A stretch of 64,000 bases of DNA from an uncultured delta proteobacterium (GCA_963848135.1 CAWKCK010000012.1:30061-94060); one strand, 5' to 3'; positions 54,246-64,000 are shown, numbered from the stretch's first letter. Notes: generated from the sequence alone by a model not told the origin. Translations and numbers: made by a program.

Positions 54246-54845
54246 CTAACCAGTCGGTTGATGATTTACCAATATTCGTTTGATCGATGAGATGAGATCG
54301 CCATAAAGCGCGGCCGCATTGTATAGATTGTATGAGTTGAATCTCACCAGACCGTCGACCATTGTAAATATGATCAGTGCTGTTTTTCGGGCCGGCAGAT
54401 TTGCCACAGAGCCATCGGTTTGCCCGGCGACAATCGTTTTTTCGAAAATATCGACAAGACAGTTATAAATGGATTCAAGATACTCCCGACAGTCCGGATT
54501 TACCTTGGCCAGCTCGTAGGCATCGTGCCGGTGGAGAAGCAGAAACTGATCCTCCATCTGGCCAGCCAGCAAAAGATAGAATCCGACCACGTCTTCCATC
54601 ATTTCCAAACCGGAATCAAAGTGTCTTTCGGAAAGGTATTGGTTGAATTCGGTTACAATTTCCTTTTCAATTTCTTTTAAAATGGCGAGAAACAGGGCTT
54701 CTTTATTGTTGTAATGGTAAAAAATGGTTCCCTGGGCGACATTGGTTATCCTGGCCAACTCAGCCATGGAAGCGTCCTTGTATCCCTTCAGTGCCAACAG
54801 TTTTGTGGCGGCCTTGAGGATACGTTTTTTCTTTCTTGTGGGCAT
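54246..54845 (-). CDS. TetR/AcrR-family regulator
   Basis: ILKAATKL...GY...VAQGTIFYHYNNKEALF. Confidence 0.93.
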   Translation of the reverse strand: MPTRKKKRILKAATKLLALKGYKDASMAELARITNVAQGTIFYHYNNKEALFLAILKEIEKEIVTEFNQYLSERHFDSGLEMMEDVVGFYLLLAGQMEDQFLLLHRHDAYELAKVNPDCREYLESIYNCLVDIFEKTIVAGQTDGSVANLPARKTALIIFTMVDGLVRFNSYNLYNAAALYGDLISSIKRILVNHQPTG

Positions 54846-54869
54846 ATAAAATCCGCACTGCTGTATTTA

Positions 54870-54923
54870 ACTGAGCACTCAGTCAGTTTTTACCAATTTA
54901 CGTGTCACTGGTAATTCTGTCAA
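54870..54923 (-). promoter_or_regulatory. Sigma70 promoter with downstream TetR-type operator
   Basis: TTGACA-17 nt-TAAATT on the minus strand; palindrome ACTGAG-CA-CTCAGT at 54870-54883. Confidence 0.75.
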
Positions 54924-55145
54924 GAAAAAAATTAAATGATCGGCGAATAAGATGAAAAAGCACAACCGGGGAGTTTATCCGTATTTTCCGGTTCGCTGAA
55001 AAAAATTACTGACATATGCAGGAAGGAAACTCACAAGAAAGGTTGAGTTAGAAAGAAATATCCACGCGGTATCTATGAAAATTAGCGAAACATATGGTAT
55101 AATATTAATCAGTTAAACTGAAAGAGTATCTATAATGGTGGCGAG

Positions 55146-56390
55146 ATGAATACGAAGGTAACCTTTTTCCCGGAAAAAGCCCGGTTGTTGTCACTGTTGA
55201 AAAAAAAGCAATTCGGCGTGCCAGATTTTTTATATGTTCCCGCTGAACAGTTTCAAATCAAAGATTTCGAAGCCCTTGACCGCTTCCTCGAAGGGCACCG
55301 CGAAAGCTTTAAGGTGATTGCCCGCAGCGCCCATCCCCAGGAAGAGCTATTCAAAAGCGGCACGTTTGATTCTGTTGAAACATATGCCGATGTGGCTGGA
55401 ATCATCTATGCTCGTAAAAAAATCATGAAGCTGGCCGGTTCAACCAAAAGGCTAACGATTCGTCGCCAGCAAATCTTCAATCATGCACCGGCTTTCGACA
55501 TCGAAGATATGGGCGTGATCGTCATGCCGTTTGTGGAAGGTTCCAACGTGATGGCCAAAATGATCGGCGGACAATGGGAATTTGGTTACTGCCGCGACCG
55601 GACACACAAGATGAAAAGCGAACCGTTTATTACCCAGACACCCCATGATATCCAACTGTTTCGGCTATCGGAAAAAATTCAAGAGACACTCGGATTTAGA
55701 TGTGAAATAGAATTTGTCGTTTCAGGCGATGGTGAAATATATGTCGTGCAGGCCAAGGACATTTCTAGTGTTGAAGTTTTGGAGCAAGCAGAAAGTGAAA
55801 GATCTATTATTTTGGGTGGTATCCATCGAATACGCAAACGAAGAAATTATCGAGAACGGCCACTATATGTGATAGATGCTCGGCAATTTTACATAAAAAT
55901 TATTAGCCAGTGTGAGGATAAGATCAACGAGGACAAGGTCCCCGAGCCTACGATCGATGATATCATGGCGACAATCAGGGCATTTGAAAAGGATATGGAA
56001 AGTTTTGCCCTAAAACATCAGCGATATGCCGTACTCGGATTGTCTATTCATAATCCGGACAATCTATATCAGGTGGCCTGTAAATATTTGGAGGAAATGC
56101 CGGAGTTACAGGGCCAACTATCAAAAGCTCTGCATAAAAACCTGTATTTTATTGATATCTTCTTATCTGAAGCCGACACGCTGATTTCCAAAGACGAATT
56201 TCGATTGAGTTTGTGCAGTCATGACGCGTACGGGATCGACACGGTACGCAATCCCCTCTGGACTGTTTACTGGCAAGCGGACCGGCATGAAGATGTTGTC
56301 AGGAATATTAAACGGATCGGTTTTAAAACCGGAGATACGATCGGCATAGATATCAGTCCCACAGGAAAACCAACCGTTATACGGCTGTAA
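55146..56390 (+). CDS. Hypothetical protein; N-terminal half resembles the ATP-grasp domain of PEP synthase/PPDK
   Basis: EKARLL...FGVPDF, VIARSA...SGTFDS, EIEFVV...IYVVQAK. Confidence 0.6.
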   Translation: MNTKVTFFPEKARLLSLLKKKQFGVPDFLYVPAEQFQIKDFEALDRFLEGHRESFKVIARSAHPQEELFKSGTFDSVETYADVAGIIYARKKIMKLAGSTKRLTIRRQQIFNHAPAFDIEDMGVIVMPFVEGSNVMAKMIGGQWEFGYCRDRTHKMKSEPFITQTPHDIQLFRLSEKIQETLGFRCEIEFVVSGDGEIYVVQAKDISSVEVLEQAESERSIILGGIHRIRKRRNYRERPLYVIDARQFYIKIISQCEDKINEDKVPEPTIDDIMATIRAFEKDMESFALKHQRYAVLGLSIHNPDNLYQVACKYLEEMPELQGQLSKALHKNLYFIDIFLSEADTLISKDEFRLSLCSHDAYGIDTVRNPLWTVYWQADRHEDVVRNIKRIGFKTGDTIGIDISPTGKPTVIRL

Positions 56391-56647
56391 GCGTGTTGTT
56401 AAAACCTCGGTTGAGTTGTTTCCCGCCCAGGCCGGTTTTACGGTTCCCCGTTAGAGTGCCATAACTGGTCTTTAACAATCGTATTACGCATCAATTGGGT
56501 TGAATTCTATGTTTCACCCAATGGGTAAAAGCCGAAATTCAAACAATGGAGTGTAAAGTTAGAAGTATCAGAATGTTATACTCTTTGAACCTGGAACCTT
56601 GAATCTGGAACCGATCAGTTTAGGTAATATTTCGGTAATACAGGCCT

Positions 56648-57313
56648 TTATGATCCACCTGAAAGATCTGATATAATAATATTTTCATCAAATTGGTCTG
56701 CAAAATCCTGCATTAACTTTAGTTGGTCATTACTTAAAGCACTGCCATTTCGCGGAAGAGATTGGCAGTCTTCTATGCCCTTTATGTAGCTGATATAAAT
56801 CCTGGTGAAACGATCTAACTCTCTGGCTACACCGATTTCCAGACCGCAGCGATACGGTTCGGTACTGATTCCTTTTTGGCTGATGGCGCTTAATATATAC
56901 TCCGGAAATTCTGGGAGTGCTCGCGTATAAACTTCCCAGGTTTTGCCGGCAACGAGTTTACTGCCGCCTTGAATCAGTGCCATGTTTTCCGTCAATTTAC
57001 TGCCTTCAGAAGCTTGAAAGGAGTGCGGCCGATCTCTGGTATATATTTCTATTAATACGATCTTGTTTATGCCGGGACTGGTGAAAATATGAAAATCTCT
57101 CTTGGTGGGGTCATCCCAATTTTTATTCTTCTTTATACTCCCTGAGATATTAAAATAATTTATTTTTGGATTAATTTTAACCTGCACTGAACCGTAAGAA
57201 AAATCTTTATCTTCGGTTACCTGACGCGAAGTAAACGTTTTTAAATGTTCCTCTTTCGCTGTACAGCCAAGAATGATTACCACCATGAGTATGGCTTGAA
57301 TCTTGTGCATCAC
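56648..57313 (-). CDS. Putative lipoprotein
   Basis: Hydrophobic leader ending in ILGC; 221-aa ORF. Confidence 0.65.
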   Translation of the reverse strand: MMHKIQAILMVVIILGCTAKEEHLKTFTSRQVTEDKDFSYGSVQVKINPKINYFNISGSIKKNKNWDDPTKRDFHIFTSPGINKIVLIEIYTRDRPHSFQASEGSKLTENMALIQGGSKLVAGKTWEVYTRALPEFPEYILSAISQKGISTEPYRCGLEIGVARELDRFTRIYISYIKGIEDCQSLPRNGSALSNDQLKLMQDFADQFDENIIISDLSGGS

Positions 57314-57326
57314 ATATTCCCTGTAG

Positions 57327-58148
57327 TCAATTTTTTTTCACTGGTTTAACCGCTTCGATGGTTGCCGACGCGACATAATTTTCAACACCGCTGTCGGGAA
57401 ACCATTCTTTGATGAACTCCCGGCTCTCCTGGCGAACCTGAATGCGGATATCGACAAAGCCGCTTTCCATAAGTAAACGCTCCAGGCGCTTGACGGTTTC
57501 GGCACCGGCGACACAACCGGTTACCATGGCTGCCTGCTCCCGTAAATGGTCTGGCAGGGGGGCTATCGAGACCACGTCCGAAATGGCCAGGCGCCCACCG
57601 GGCTTCAGCACCCGAAATGCATCGCGAAAGACTTTATCTTTTTCAGGTGAAAGATTGATAACGCAATTGGAAAGAATAACGTCAACCTCGCCATCGGCTG
57701 CCGGAAGATGTTCGATTTCACCCAGGCGAAATTCGACATTATTGGTTTCTAGTTTTTCAGCATTCTCTCTGGCTTTTGAAACCATTTCCGGGGTCATGTC
57801 GACCCCAATGACTTGTCCGGTATCTCCCACGGCCCTGGCAGCCAGAAAACAGTCGATACCGCCGCCGCTGCCGAGGTCCAGGACGGTCTCCCCCGGTTTC
57901 ATTTTGCCGATAGCTCCCGGATTACCGCATCCCAGTCCCATATTGGCGCCGTCGATGAGGCCTGCGAGCTCTTCCTTGGAATAGCCGATGCGTTGAGCCA
58001 TGGTGTCTGCAGCGGCAGGCTTGGCTGCACAGCAGGAAAGCGTCAATGAGGAGCCGCATCCACACCTCGATGCAGTCGCCAATTGGCTGTAACGGTCCCG
58101 CACGGATTGGCGCGCGGTGTCTGGTTTTTTCGGGTCCATTTTCATCAT
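57327..58148 (-). CDS. arsM: Arsenite S-adenosylmethionine methyltransferase
   Basis: N-terminal CGC/CC; GLGCGNP; LDLGSGGGIDC; SNCVINL; GCVAGA; downstream of an arsR. Confidence 0.93.
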   Translation of the reverse strand: MMKMDPKKPDTARQSVRDRYSQLATASRCGCGSSLTLSCCAAKPAAADTMAQRIGYSKEELAGLIDGANMGLGCGNPGAIGKMKPGETVLDLGSGGGIDCFLAARAVGDTGQVIGVDMTPEMVSKARENAEKLETNNVEFRLGEIEHLPAADGEVDVILSNCVINLSPEKDKVFRDAFRVLKPGGRLAISDVVSIAPLPDHLREQAAMVTGCVAGAETVKRLERLLMESGFVDIRIQVRQESREFIKEWFPDSGVENYVASATIEAVKPVKKN

Positions 58149-58247
58149 CCTTTCTTTTTCCTGATCTGAGCGTTTTAAATTATAAGGGGGATTATTGTAA
58201 AGGGAATGCTGTTAGTTTTTTAATTAGAGATGCTCAGTTTTTACATA

Positions 58248-58565
58248 TTAAAATGTGAAAAAGTCTTTCAGCGCCGTCACCATGACCGGGTCTACCCAGC
58301 AGGCGATCTTTTGGCCCCGGCGTTCGGTCTGGATCAATCCAACCCGCCTCAATTCCTTGATATGGTGCGAAACAGTTGATTTGACAATATCGACCTCTTG
58401 GCCGAGTTGGCCGATGGTGGCTGTGTTCTCGTCATCAAAATACCCGATGGTTCCGGGCTTGCAGCACGAAACCAGTCGCAGGAATATTTTCAGGCGATTC
58501 GGATTGGAGAGGGCTTTGAAAACCGCTGAATATTCTTCGAGGTTATTATTTTCATAGTTCGACAT
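58248..58565 (-). CDS. arsR: ArsR/SmtB regulator with vicinal Cys pair
   Basis: FKALSNPNRLKI...VSCC; STVSHHIKEL; IACW. Confidence 0.9.
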   Translation of the reverse strand: MSNYENNNLEEYSAVFKALSNPNRLKIFLRLVSCCKPGTIGYFDDENTATIGQLGQEVDIVKSTVSHHIKELRRVGLIQTERRGQKIACWVDPVMVTALKDFFTF

Positions 58566-58601
58566 ATATCGAAACATATGATCGCATTTTAACATTGTCA
58601 A
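58558..58601 (-). promoter_or_regulatory. Promoter/operator of arsR-arsM
   Basis: TTGACA-17 nt-TATGTT, with ATG 7 nt further on; palindrome TTCGA-N6-TCGAA spans the start codon. Confidence 0.65.
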
Positions 58602-58736
58602 ATTTTTCATGCTGGCTGAGACTTGCTGGTTTCCTCTAACCATCCTATCGTTGTTGAAATTAAGCGGCTCAATACTTAGGTTTGAAGATAGGCTGTTACT
58701 GAAATTGTTGAGAAGGTAAAAGAAGAGGCGAAATAG

Positions 58737-59213
58737 ATGAAAAGACCGGGGTTTTTTAGAAGGCGGATTGTCGATCCGATCGTCCGATTGCTCCGCCAGG
58801 GTATTTCACCGGAAAAGGTCGGCCTCGGTTTGGCCTGCGGGGTTGTTATCGGCATTTTCCCTGTGATTGGTGCCACGACAATTATATGCACGATAGTTGC
58901 AATCATTTTTCGGTTGAACTTACCGGCTATGCAGCTGGTTAATTATCTCGTTTACCCTCTTCAGTTTGCTCTACTTATTCCATTCTTTCACTTTGGCGAT
59001 TGGCTGTTTGGTGCCGACCCATTACCATATTCAGCCCAGGAACTGGTCGCTCTGTTTAAAGCCGATTTCTGGGTAGCCGTTCACCAGCTTTGGGATACGA
59101 CCTTGCGGGCGGTTGCTGCCTGGTCGCTCGTGTGCTTTCCTGCTGTGGCCGCGCTGTACTATACGTTAACACCTCTCTTGAAGAGAATCAAAATATCTCG
59201 GTTCTCTACCTAA
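58737..59213 (+). CDS. DUF2062-family membrane protein
   Basis: QGISPEKVGLGLACG...FPVIG...RLNLPAMQLVN. Confidence 0.85.
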   Translation: MKRPGFFRRRIVDPIVRLLRQGISPEKVGLGLACGVVIGIFPVIGATTIICTIVAIIFRLNLPAMQLVNYLVYPLQFALLIPFFHFGDWLFGADPLPYSAQELVALFKADFWVAVHQLWDTTLRAVAAWSLVCFPAVAALYYTLTPLLKRIKISRFST

Positions 59214-59352
59214 TGTCCACTCTGTCGCCCTGAAAAAAAAGCCATGTCCGAAGATTGCGCTGTTTGAAACAATCAAAAAATGGTGATTTTATAATGTTCC
59301 AGAAGTAAGCAGTGGCATTAGAAGGTTGGGTCGTGCCAAAATTTAAGAAAAA

Positions 59353-59389
59353 AAGCGGACGAGGCTGGTGATTGGCCTGCGTCCGCTTA
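59353..59389. terminator. Hairpin between convergent genes, probable intrinsic terminator for the minus-strand gene
   Basis: AAGCGGACG-AGGC...GCCT-G-CGTCCGCTT with an A-tract on the left, read as a U-tract on the minus strand. Confidence 0.6.
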
Positions 59390-59547
59390 TATTCTCGTGA
59401 AACAAATTGAAGACGACGATAGTCTAATCGCAGTATTCCTCAGGCCGCCAATAGTATTTTTTTATCCAAGACGGTCAGAGACGATAACCCCTTTCCGTAC
59501 GACGCGCTTCGTCAAGCTTTTTGAAAAGGTTTCAGGAGAAATCCGGG

Positions 59548-59931
59548 TTAGTAACCACTGCCCACGATAACGCCGCTTTTGGTCTTGCGGACATAGGCGT
59601 TTTTCTCTGCGCCTTTCCATTGGTACATCACCCATGTGCCTTCCGGAGTCGCCGTGACTATAGCATCGTAAGCTGGTGCCGCCTTCTCTTTGAGGCTTTG
59701 CCCCACCAGGGAGGGGTGAACCAGCAGTGTGCCGCTTTCCTCCATAATGTAAACATAGTTGGGTTCTTTTTTGGCTGCGTCCGAAAAATCCCCAGCCATT
59801 TTGCCGCCATCAATTGCCACAACGATTTCATCGACCTGAGCCTTAATGGCATCCTTGTCGGCTGCAGAGACAATACCTGTGAGCGATAGTCCCACGATCA
59901 CGACCAGCAAAATCAGAAAATACTTCTTCAT
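59548..59931 (-). CDS. Secreted free-standing single-Cache-domain protein
   Basis: Signal peptide MKKYFL...VSA; YVYIM...LLVHP.LVG; WVMYQW; K.AYV; C-terminal VGSGY; AGGAGG RBS. Confidence 0.85.
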   Translation of the reverse strand: MKKYFLILLVVIVGLSLTGIVSAADKDAIKAQVDEIVVAIDGGKMAGDFSDAAKKEPNYVYIMEESGTLLVHPSLVGQSLKEKAAPAYDAIVTATPEGTWVMYQWKGAEKNAYVRKTKSGVIVGSGY

Positions 59932-60303
59932 TTTCTCCTCCTTTTCGTTATGTCCACAACAATTCAAACGACCCTGCAGTCCATCTGCAGGATTTGGTCT
60001 CCGCCCCCCTGCGTCGGTGATTTTTCGGAGGGCGAAAAAGGGTGAAAGTTCTGGTTAATAGTTAGGCCATTGCCGCCAACGGTCAACGGCGATGCAATCC
60101 TATCGATAACCCGGCCCTATTTCAAAGGGGATAATGCCAATGCTTTTCGGTTTTCCCGATATTGCACATTGGCGTAATAAAATATGCTTACTTAATGCAT
60201 TTTTGACCGGCTGCTGCGATTGTTTTTCAATAAATAACTCACACAATTTACTTTTGAAAGAATATATGCAGTTAGTGCCGATGCGGTTTTCTAAGTCTGT
60301 TGA

Positions 60304-60319
60304 AGCAAAATAAATGCCA
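60304..60319 (-). promoter_or_regulatory. Sigma54 (-24/-12) promoter facing the Cache gene
   Basis: Minus strand TGGCAT-TTATT-TTGCT; palindrome GTATGA-aaaa-TCATAC about 70 bp upstream. Confidence 0.7.
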
Positions 60320-60974
60320 TTTGACTTAACACTTTGATTTTATTTCAATTGTTAGTTGGTTGGAGTGGGAATTTCCCGCATATCCGTATGAAAAATCATA
60401 CTGATGCGCAGTATTTCTTCGCCTTTCCGTTCCAACGATCTGTAATCACGCAGTTTATAGTGGATGGATTTGCCTTCACCGTTTAAGGGCGTCTGTATAT
60501 TATTTTGAACCCTGATGACACTTTAGGAGTAAGCTTAGAAATTACCTCATCCTCTTTTCTTTGTTTAGAGATGCTCTGTTGAAATAAAGCGTCCCTGTCG
60601 TTTGACCATAGAAACCGGGTTATCATAGCTTTAAGAAGCATTTCTACAGTTTAATAAAGTCGGCGTAAGAAGTCTAGAAAGAAGAGCAGCGCAGTTGGAG
60701 AAAGAAAAAGAAGTAAAACCGCAGGAGGCGAACAGCAACATTAAGTCAGCTCATCGGTCAAATATAGAGCACCAAATCGGGACCAAAGCAAGAGATATTT
60801 TTGTCAAAATGTGGGACTGTCCGGCGATTGTATAGCATTGTATCGAAAGTGTGCCACTTTTGTTTCAATAAGATGGCGACGACTCGGGGGATTTAATTAA
60901 ATTGTGAGATACCAGGGGGTTAATTGTTTTTAGCCGTTCCTTCGATAAAAGTCAAAAGCATTCTTGATTTCCAC

Positions 60975-61358
60975 TTATGCTACTAACACTTCAATTTTAT
61001 GGTCAATTTCGGACAGTGATTTTTGCATTGCCACGGCAAGGTTCATATAGAATTGTTTGCATTTTTTTTCGGTTTTTTCCGGATCGGCCATAAATGCTTT
61101 AAAGGTTTTGGATACATCTGTGGGCATCGATAACAGAAAATCTGAAATCATATCCGAAGAGAAGCTGTTTTCCGCGATGGCTTTAGAAAACCTTTTCAGA
61201 TTTTTAGCGTATAGTGCCTCAAGGTTTTTTCTTTCGGACAACAGATAGGCCAGCTTTGATTCGCGTCGCCAGCGGCGATGATCGATGACAAGCGTGAATA
61301 CCGGTGCGATGCTGGCGATAATCCCCCCAATGATGACGCCGATCAAAGTCTCAGACAT
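60975..61358 (-). CDS. Hypothetical single-TM protein
   Basis: MSETLIGVIIGGIIASIAP followed by a helical domain; GGAGG RBS; 26 bp after the USP stop. Confidence 0.75.
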   Translation of the reverse strand: MSETLIGVIIGGIIASIAPVFTLVIDHRRWRRESKLAYLLSERKNLEALYAKNLKRFSKAIAENSFSSDMISDFLLSMPTDVSKTFKAFMADPEKTEKKCKQFYMNLAVAMQKSLSEIDHKIEVLVA

Positions 61359-61383
61359 ATGGTTCCTCCATGATAACCGCAGC

Positions 61384-62328
61384 TTAACAGGTAAAGGGGT
61401 CTTTGAAAAAATCAGAATCCGCCTCAGGCGGAAGCTTGACCAAAAGCACACTCGCATCTGTTTGGGCCAACACCTGCATGGGAAGACTTCCCAACATGCG
61501 CCGGTACACGTCGTGCCGCAGGCTGGCACCCATGACGATGACGGCATTGCCGCCGGCGGTCTCGACGATCAGATTCGCCGGGTTGTCGCCTTCGAGCCGA
61601 TGCACGGTACCGTTCCTGTCACAATTTTCAAGCCAATTTCTGGCATGTTGCAGACATTCGGCGGCCGCTTTTAATGCATCCTTTTCGTCATCCGGTTTTT
61701 TCACCCAGACCAGATCCACTGGCTCTCTGATGGCGGGAAGCAAGTTTTTCAACAACGGAAACTGGCGGCGCGCCGATGGAGAGCCGTCCGCACAGATCAT
61801 GAATCGGCTGTCGGGTCCGCCACCGCGTACCGTCAGGACCGATGTGTGCAGGTCCAGAGCCAGCTTGCGAGTGGTGTCCCCGGTGACCAGGCGTCCCAAC
61901 CCCTTGCGTCTGGGAGGGGAGATAATGAGCAGGTTATAGCCGTTGCGATCGATTTCATGATTGATCGTTTCGATAAAGTGACCAAAGCATTCATAAAACA
62001 GGATGCGTTCCCCGGTTATTGTCTTGCAGACGAACAGGTGGCCGTTGGGTACATCGCGAATGGTAACGTTGGGTTGGCGCTGCAGCAGACCTTCGGTGGT
62101 AAGCACATCGATCGCACCGGCCAGGATTTGAAGTCCCACAGGCAGGGAATCTCGTTTTTCTAAAGAAAATTCCACCCCGATCGGCGGCAGCTCTTCTGTG
62201 GTATCGGTACCGCGGCGAACGGTAATGACGGCCAGTTCGGCGGATAGACGTTTCGTGAGTACGGCGGCGAAGTGCAAGGCGGACATTGCCGCCGGTTTGC
62301 CATCGGTGTAAACGAGAAGCTTGATCAT
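61384..62328 (-). CDS. Tandem universal stress protein
   Basis: LLVYTDG...SVLTVR and ICADGS...IVMGAS...LGS...SVLLVK; ATG overlaps the SulP stop. Confidence 0.88.
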   Translation of the reverse strand: MIKLLVYTDGKPAAMSALHFAAVLTKRLSAELAVITVRRGTDTTEELPPIGVEFSLEKRDSLPVGLQILAGAIDVLTTEGLLQRQPNVTIRDVPNGHLFVCKTITGERILFYECFGHFIETINHEIDRNGYNLLIISPPRRKGLGRLVTGDTTRKLALDLHTSVLTVRGGGPDSRFMICADGSPSARRQFPLLKNLLPAIREPVDLVWVKKPDDEKDALKAAAECLQHARNWLENCDRNGTVHRLEGDNPANLIVETAGGNAVIVMGASLRHDVYRRMLGSLPMQVLAQTDASVLLVKLPPEADSDFFKDPFTC

Positions 62329-64000
62329 ATTGCCCCTGTTCCTTTTCCGCCGTTCACGTGTGTATCGGCGACCGGATCGGCGCCTATCCGGTCGCTCGAG
62401 ATCGTTCGGGGGAGAGAACAAACCCGGGGTTGTACGTTCGGACCGAAGATTTCCCAGTTGCCAATTTTCAGCTCCGGGCATTCCTCAAAAACCGTTAATT
62501 CGCATGCGGCGCAAACTGCCGGGCAGAACGACTCTCGCATGGCCTGCCGGATGGTCGCACCGGTTGTGGTCCGTATGTGGGCTTCCCCAATTTCAGATAG
62601 AAAACCGGAGTTTTTGAACACCTCGAAAACATGGTGATTCATACCGGAAAAGTACAGGCCTCCGCCGCGCTGCCGGATTTCTTCCTGAGTAATTTCAAGT
62701 ATGTGAATTCCGCTGGCATCCATCGTGTTGACCCGATGCATACGGATGAGAATGTTGGCGATTTCCGGATGGTTGCGCAGGCGACGGTTCAGATCGTCCA
62801 GCACATAAGTGGCCGACCCGAAAAAAATCGAGCCCTCGATGTACAGGATGTCCATCTGGCAGCAGGTCTCACCGTAGGCCGATCCGATCATTTTACCGGT
62901 TCCAGGATCCGGCACGACCGAGTGAATGCGGGGGTGGGAAGTGGCGGCCAGGTGCATTCCGATGGATAAAAGCACACCGACGTAAATGGCGAATTCGATG
63001 TTCAACAGCAGGGTGGAGAGAAAGGTGATGAGCAGGACCACGGCGTCGCTGCGGGTTGCCCGGATCGTACGGGCGATGTCTTCCTTGCGTACCATGTCAT
63101 AGGCAACCACCATGAGGACGCCGGCCAGAGAGGACATCGGCAGCTTGGCCGCCAGAGGTGCCGCCAACAAAATCGTAGCCGCTACCGCGACACCGGAGAA
63201 TATGCCACTGACGGGTGTTTTACCACCGGATTTGAAATTGACTGCCGATCGGGTGAACGACCCACTGCCGGGATATCCGCTGAAAAGCGCGGCCGAAAAA
63301 TTAGCGAGACCCTGGCCAATAAACTCACGGTTGATGTTGAGCCGTTGCCGGGTTTGATCGGCGATCGACTTGGCGATGGACACGGCTTCAACCAATCCGA
63401 GGATGGCGATGGCCAACGCACCCGATGCCAGTTGGCCGACATGCGAGACTTCCGTGAGGTTCGGCAGATGGAATGGCGGCAGGCTGCGGGGGATGGCCCC
63501 GACAACCGCTACCCCTTTTTCGTCCAGATCGAAGACGGCGACGATTGCCCCCACCAGCACCATGGCGATCAATGTACCCGGCCAATTGGGGCGGATGCGC
63601 TTTACGGTCAGTATGACGAGGATCGTGGCTGACACCGAGCATAAAAGTGATGATCTCGGACTGGTGGAGATGAGTGACAATGTTGAAAAGATGCTCGTAG
63701 AAAACACTCGATTTTTCGATCTGGATCCCGAGCAGGCCGGGAATCTGTTTGAAGGCGATGAGCACCGCCGCACCGGCAGTGAACCCCAGCAGTACGGAGT
63801 GGGAAACGAAATTGAGCAGGGCACCCAGGCGCGCCAGGCCCATGGTTATCTGAAGTACTCCGACCATCAACGCCAAGAAAAAGGCAAATTCCAGGTAGAG
63901 AGCCGTATCCGGCTGGGCCAATGGACTGAGTGAACTGAAGACCACAAGGGAAACGGCAGTGGTCGGACCGGTGATCAAATGCGCCGAGCTGCCCCACAAA
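62325..64000 (-). CDS. Second SulP/STAS transporter (5' end outside the window; frameshift near 63630)
   Basis: GSSAHLITGP, NREFIGQG, GSFTRSA; STAS EGSIFFGS and MDASG; Cys-rich tail. Confidence 0.93.

Noticed and set aside
56587-56613. Short heptamer-like repeats (GAACCTG/GAACCTT/GAATCTG)
   Set aside because: Only four degenerate units of low-complexity intergenic sequence, with no evidence of function.

Overview
A 64-kb gene-dense window from an anaerobic bacterium. Gene content (HdrABC, rubredoxin/flavodiiron protein, DVU0298-like protein, sigma54 regulation) points to a sulfate-reducing Desulfobacterota lineage; this is inference. From left to right it holds: (1) an oxygen-defence cluster (rubredoxin, flavodiiron protein, ferredoxin); (2) an orphan TolC, hdrCBA and a GlpC/HdrD-like Fe-S protein, with a rod-shaped ncRNA candidate at about 10 kb; (3) an arsenic island of about 23 kb. 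The island has an arsR-arsP-Trx-Trx-FeS-ccdA-acr3-Trx resistance operon, divergent from an AioX-like arsenite-binding protein and a membrane-anchored HAMP-GAF-sigma54 activator with no kinase or receiver domain. These are followed by a -24/-12 promoter, a respiratory arsenate reductase operon (arrABCD), FmdE and partly decayed molybdenum-cofactor genes; (4) an IS481-like element and transport genes; (5) a TetR-SulP operon with a phosphorelay made only of kinase and receiver domains; (6) arsR-arsM, a sigma54-driven free-standing Cache protein, a USP and a second SulP. The best candidate for an undescribed system is the one-component, kinase-free arsenic-sensing sigma54 module upstream of arr. 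Many genes between about 12.8 and 43 kb, especially arrA-D, are broken by single-base indels and nonsense codons. I cannot tell assembly error from real decay. All family assignments come from motif recognition by eye, not from database searches.
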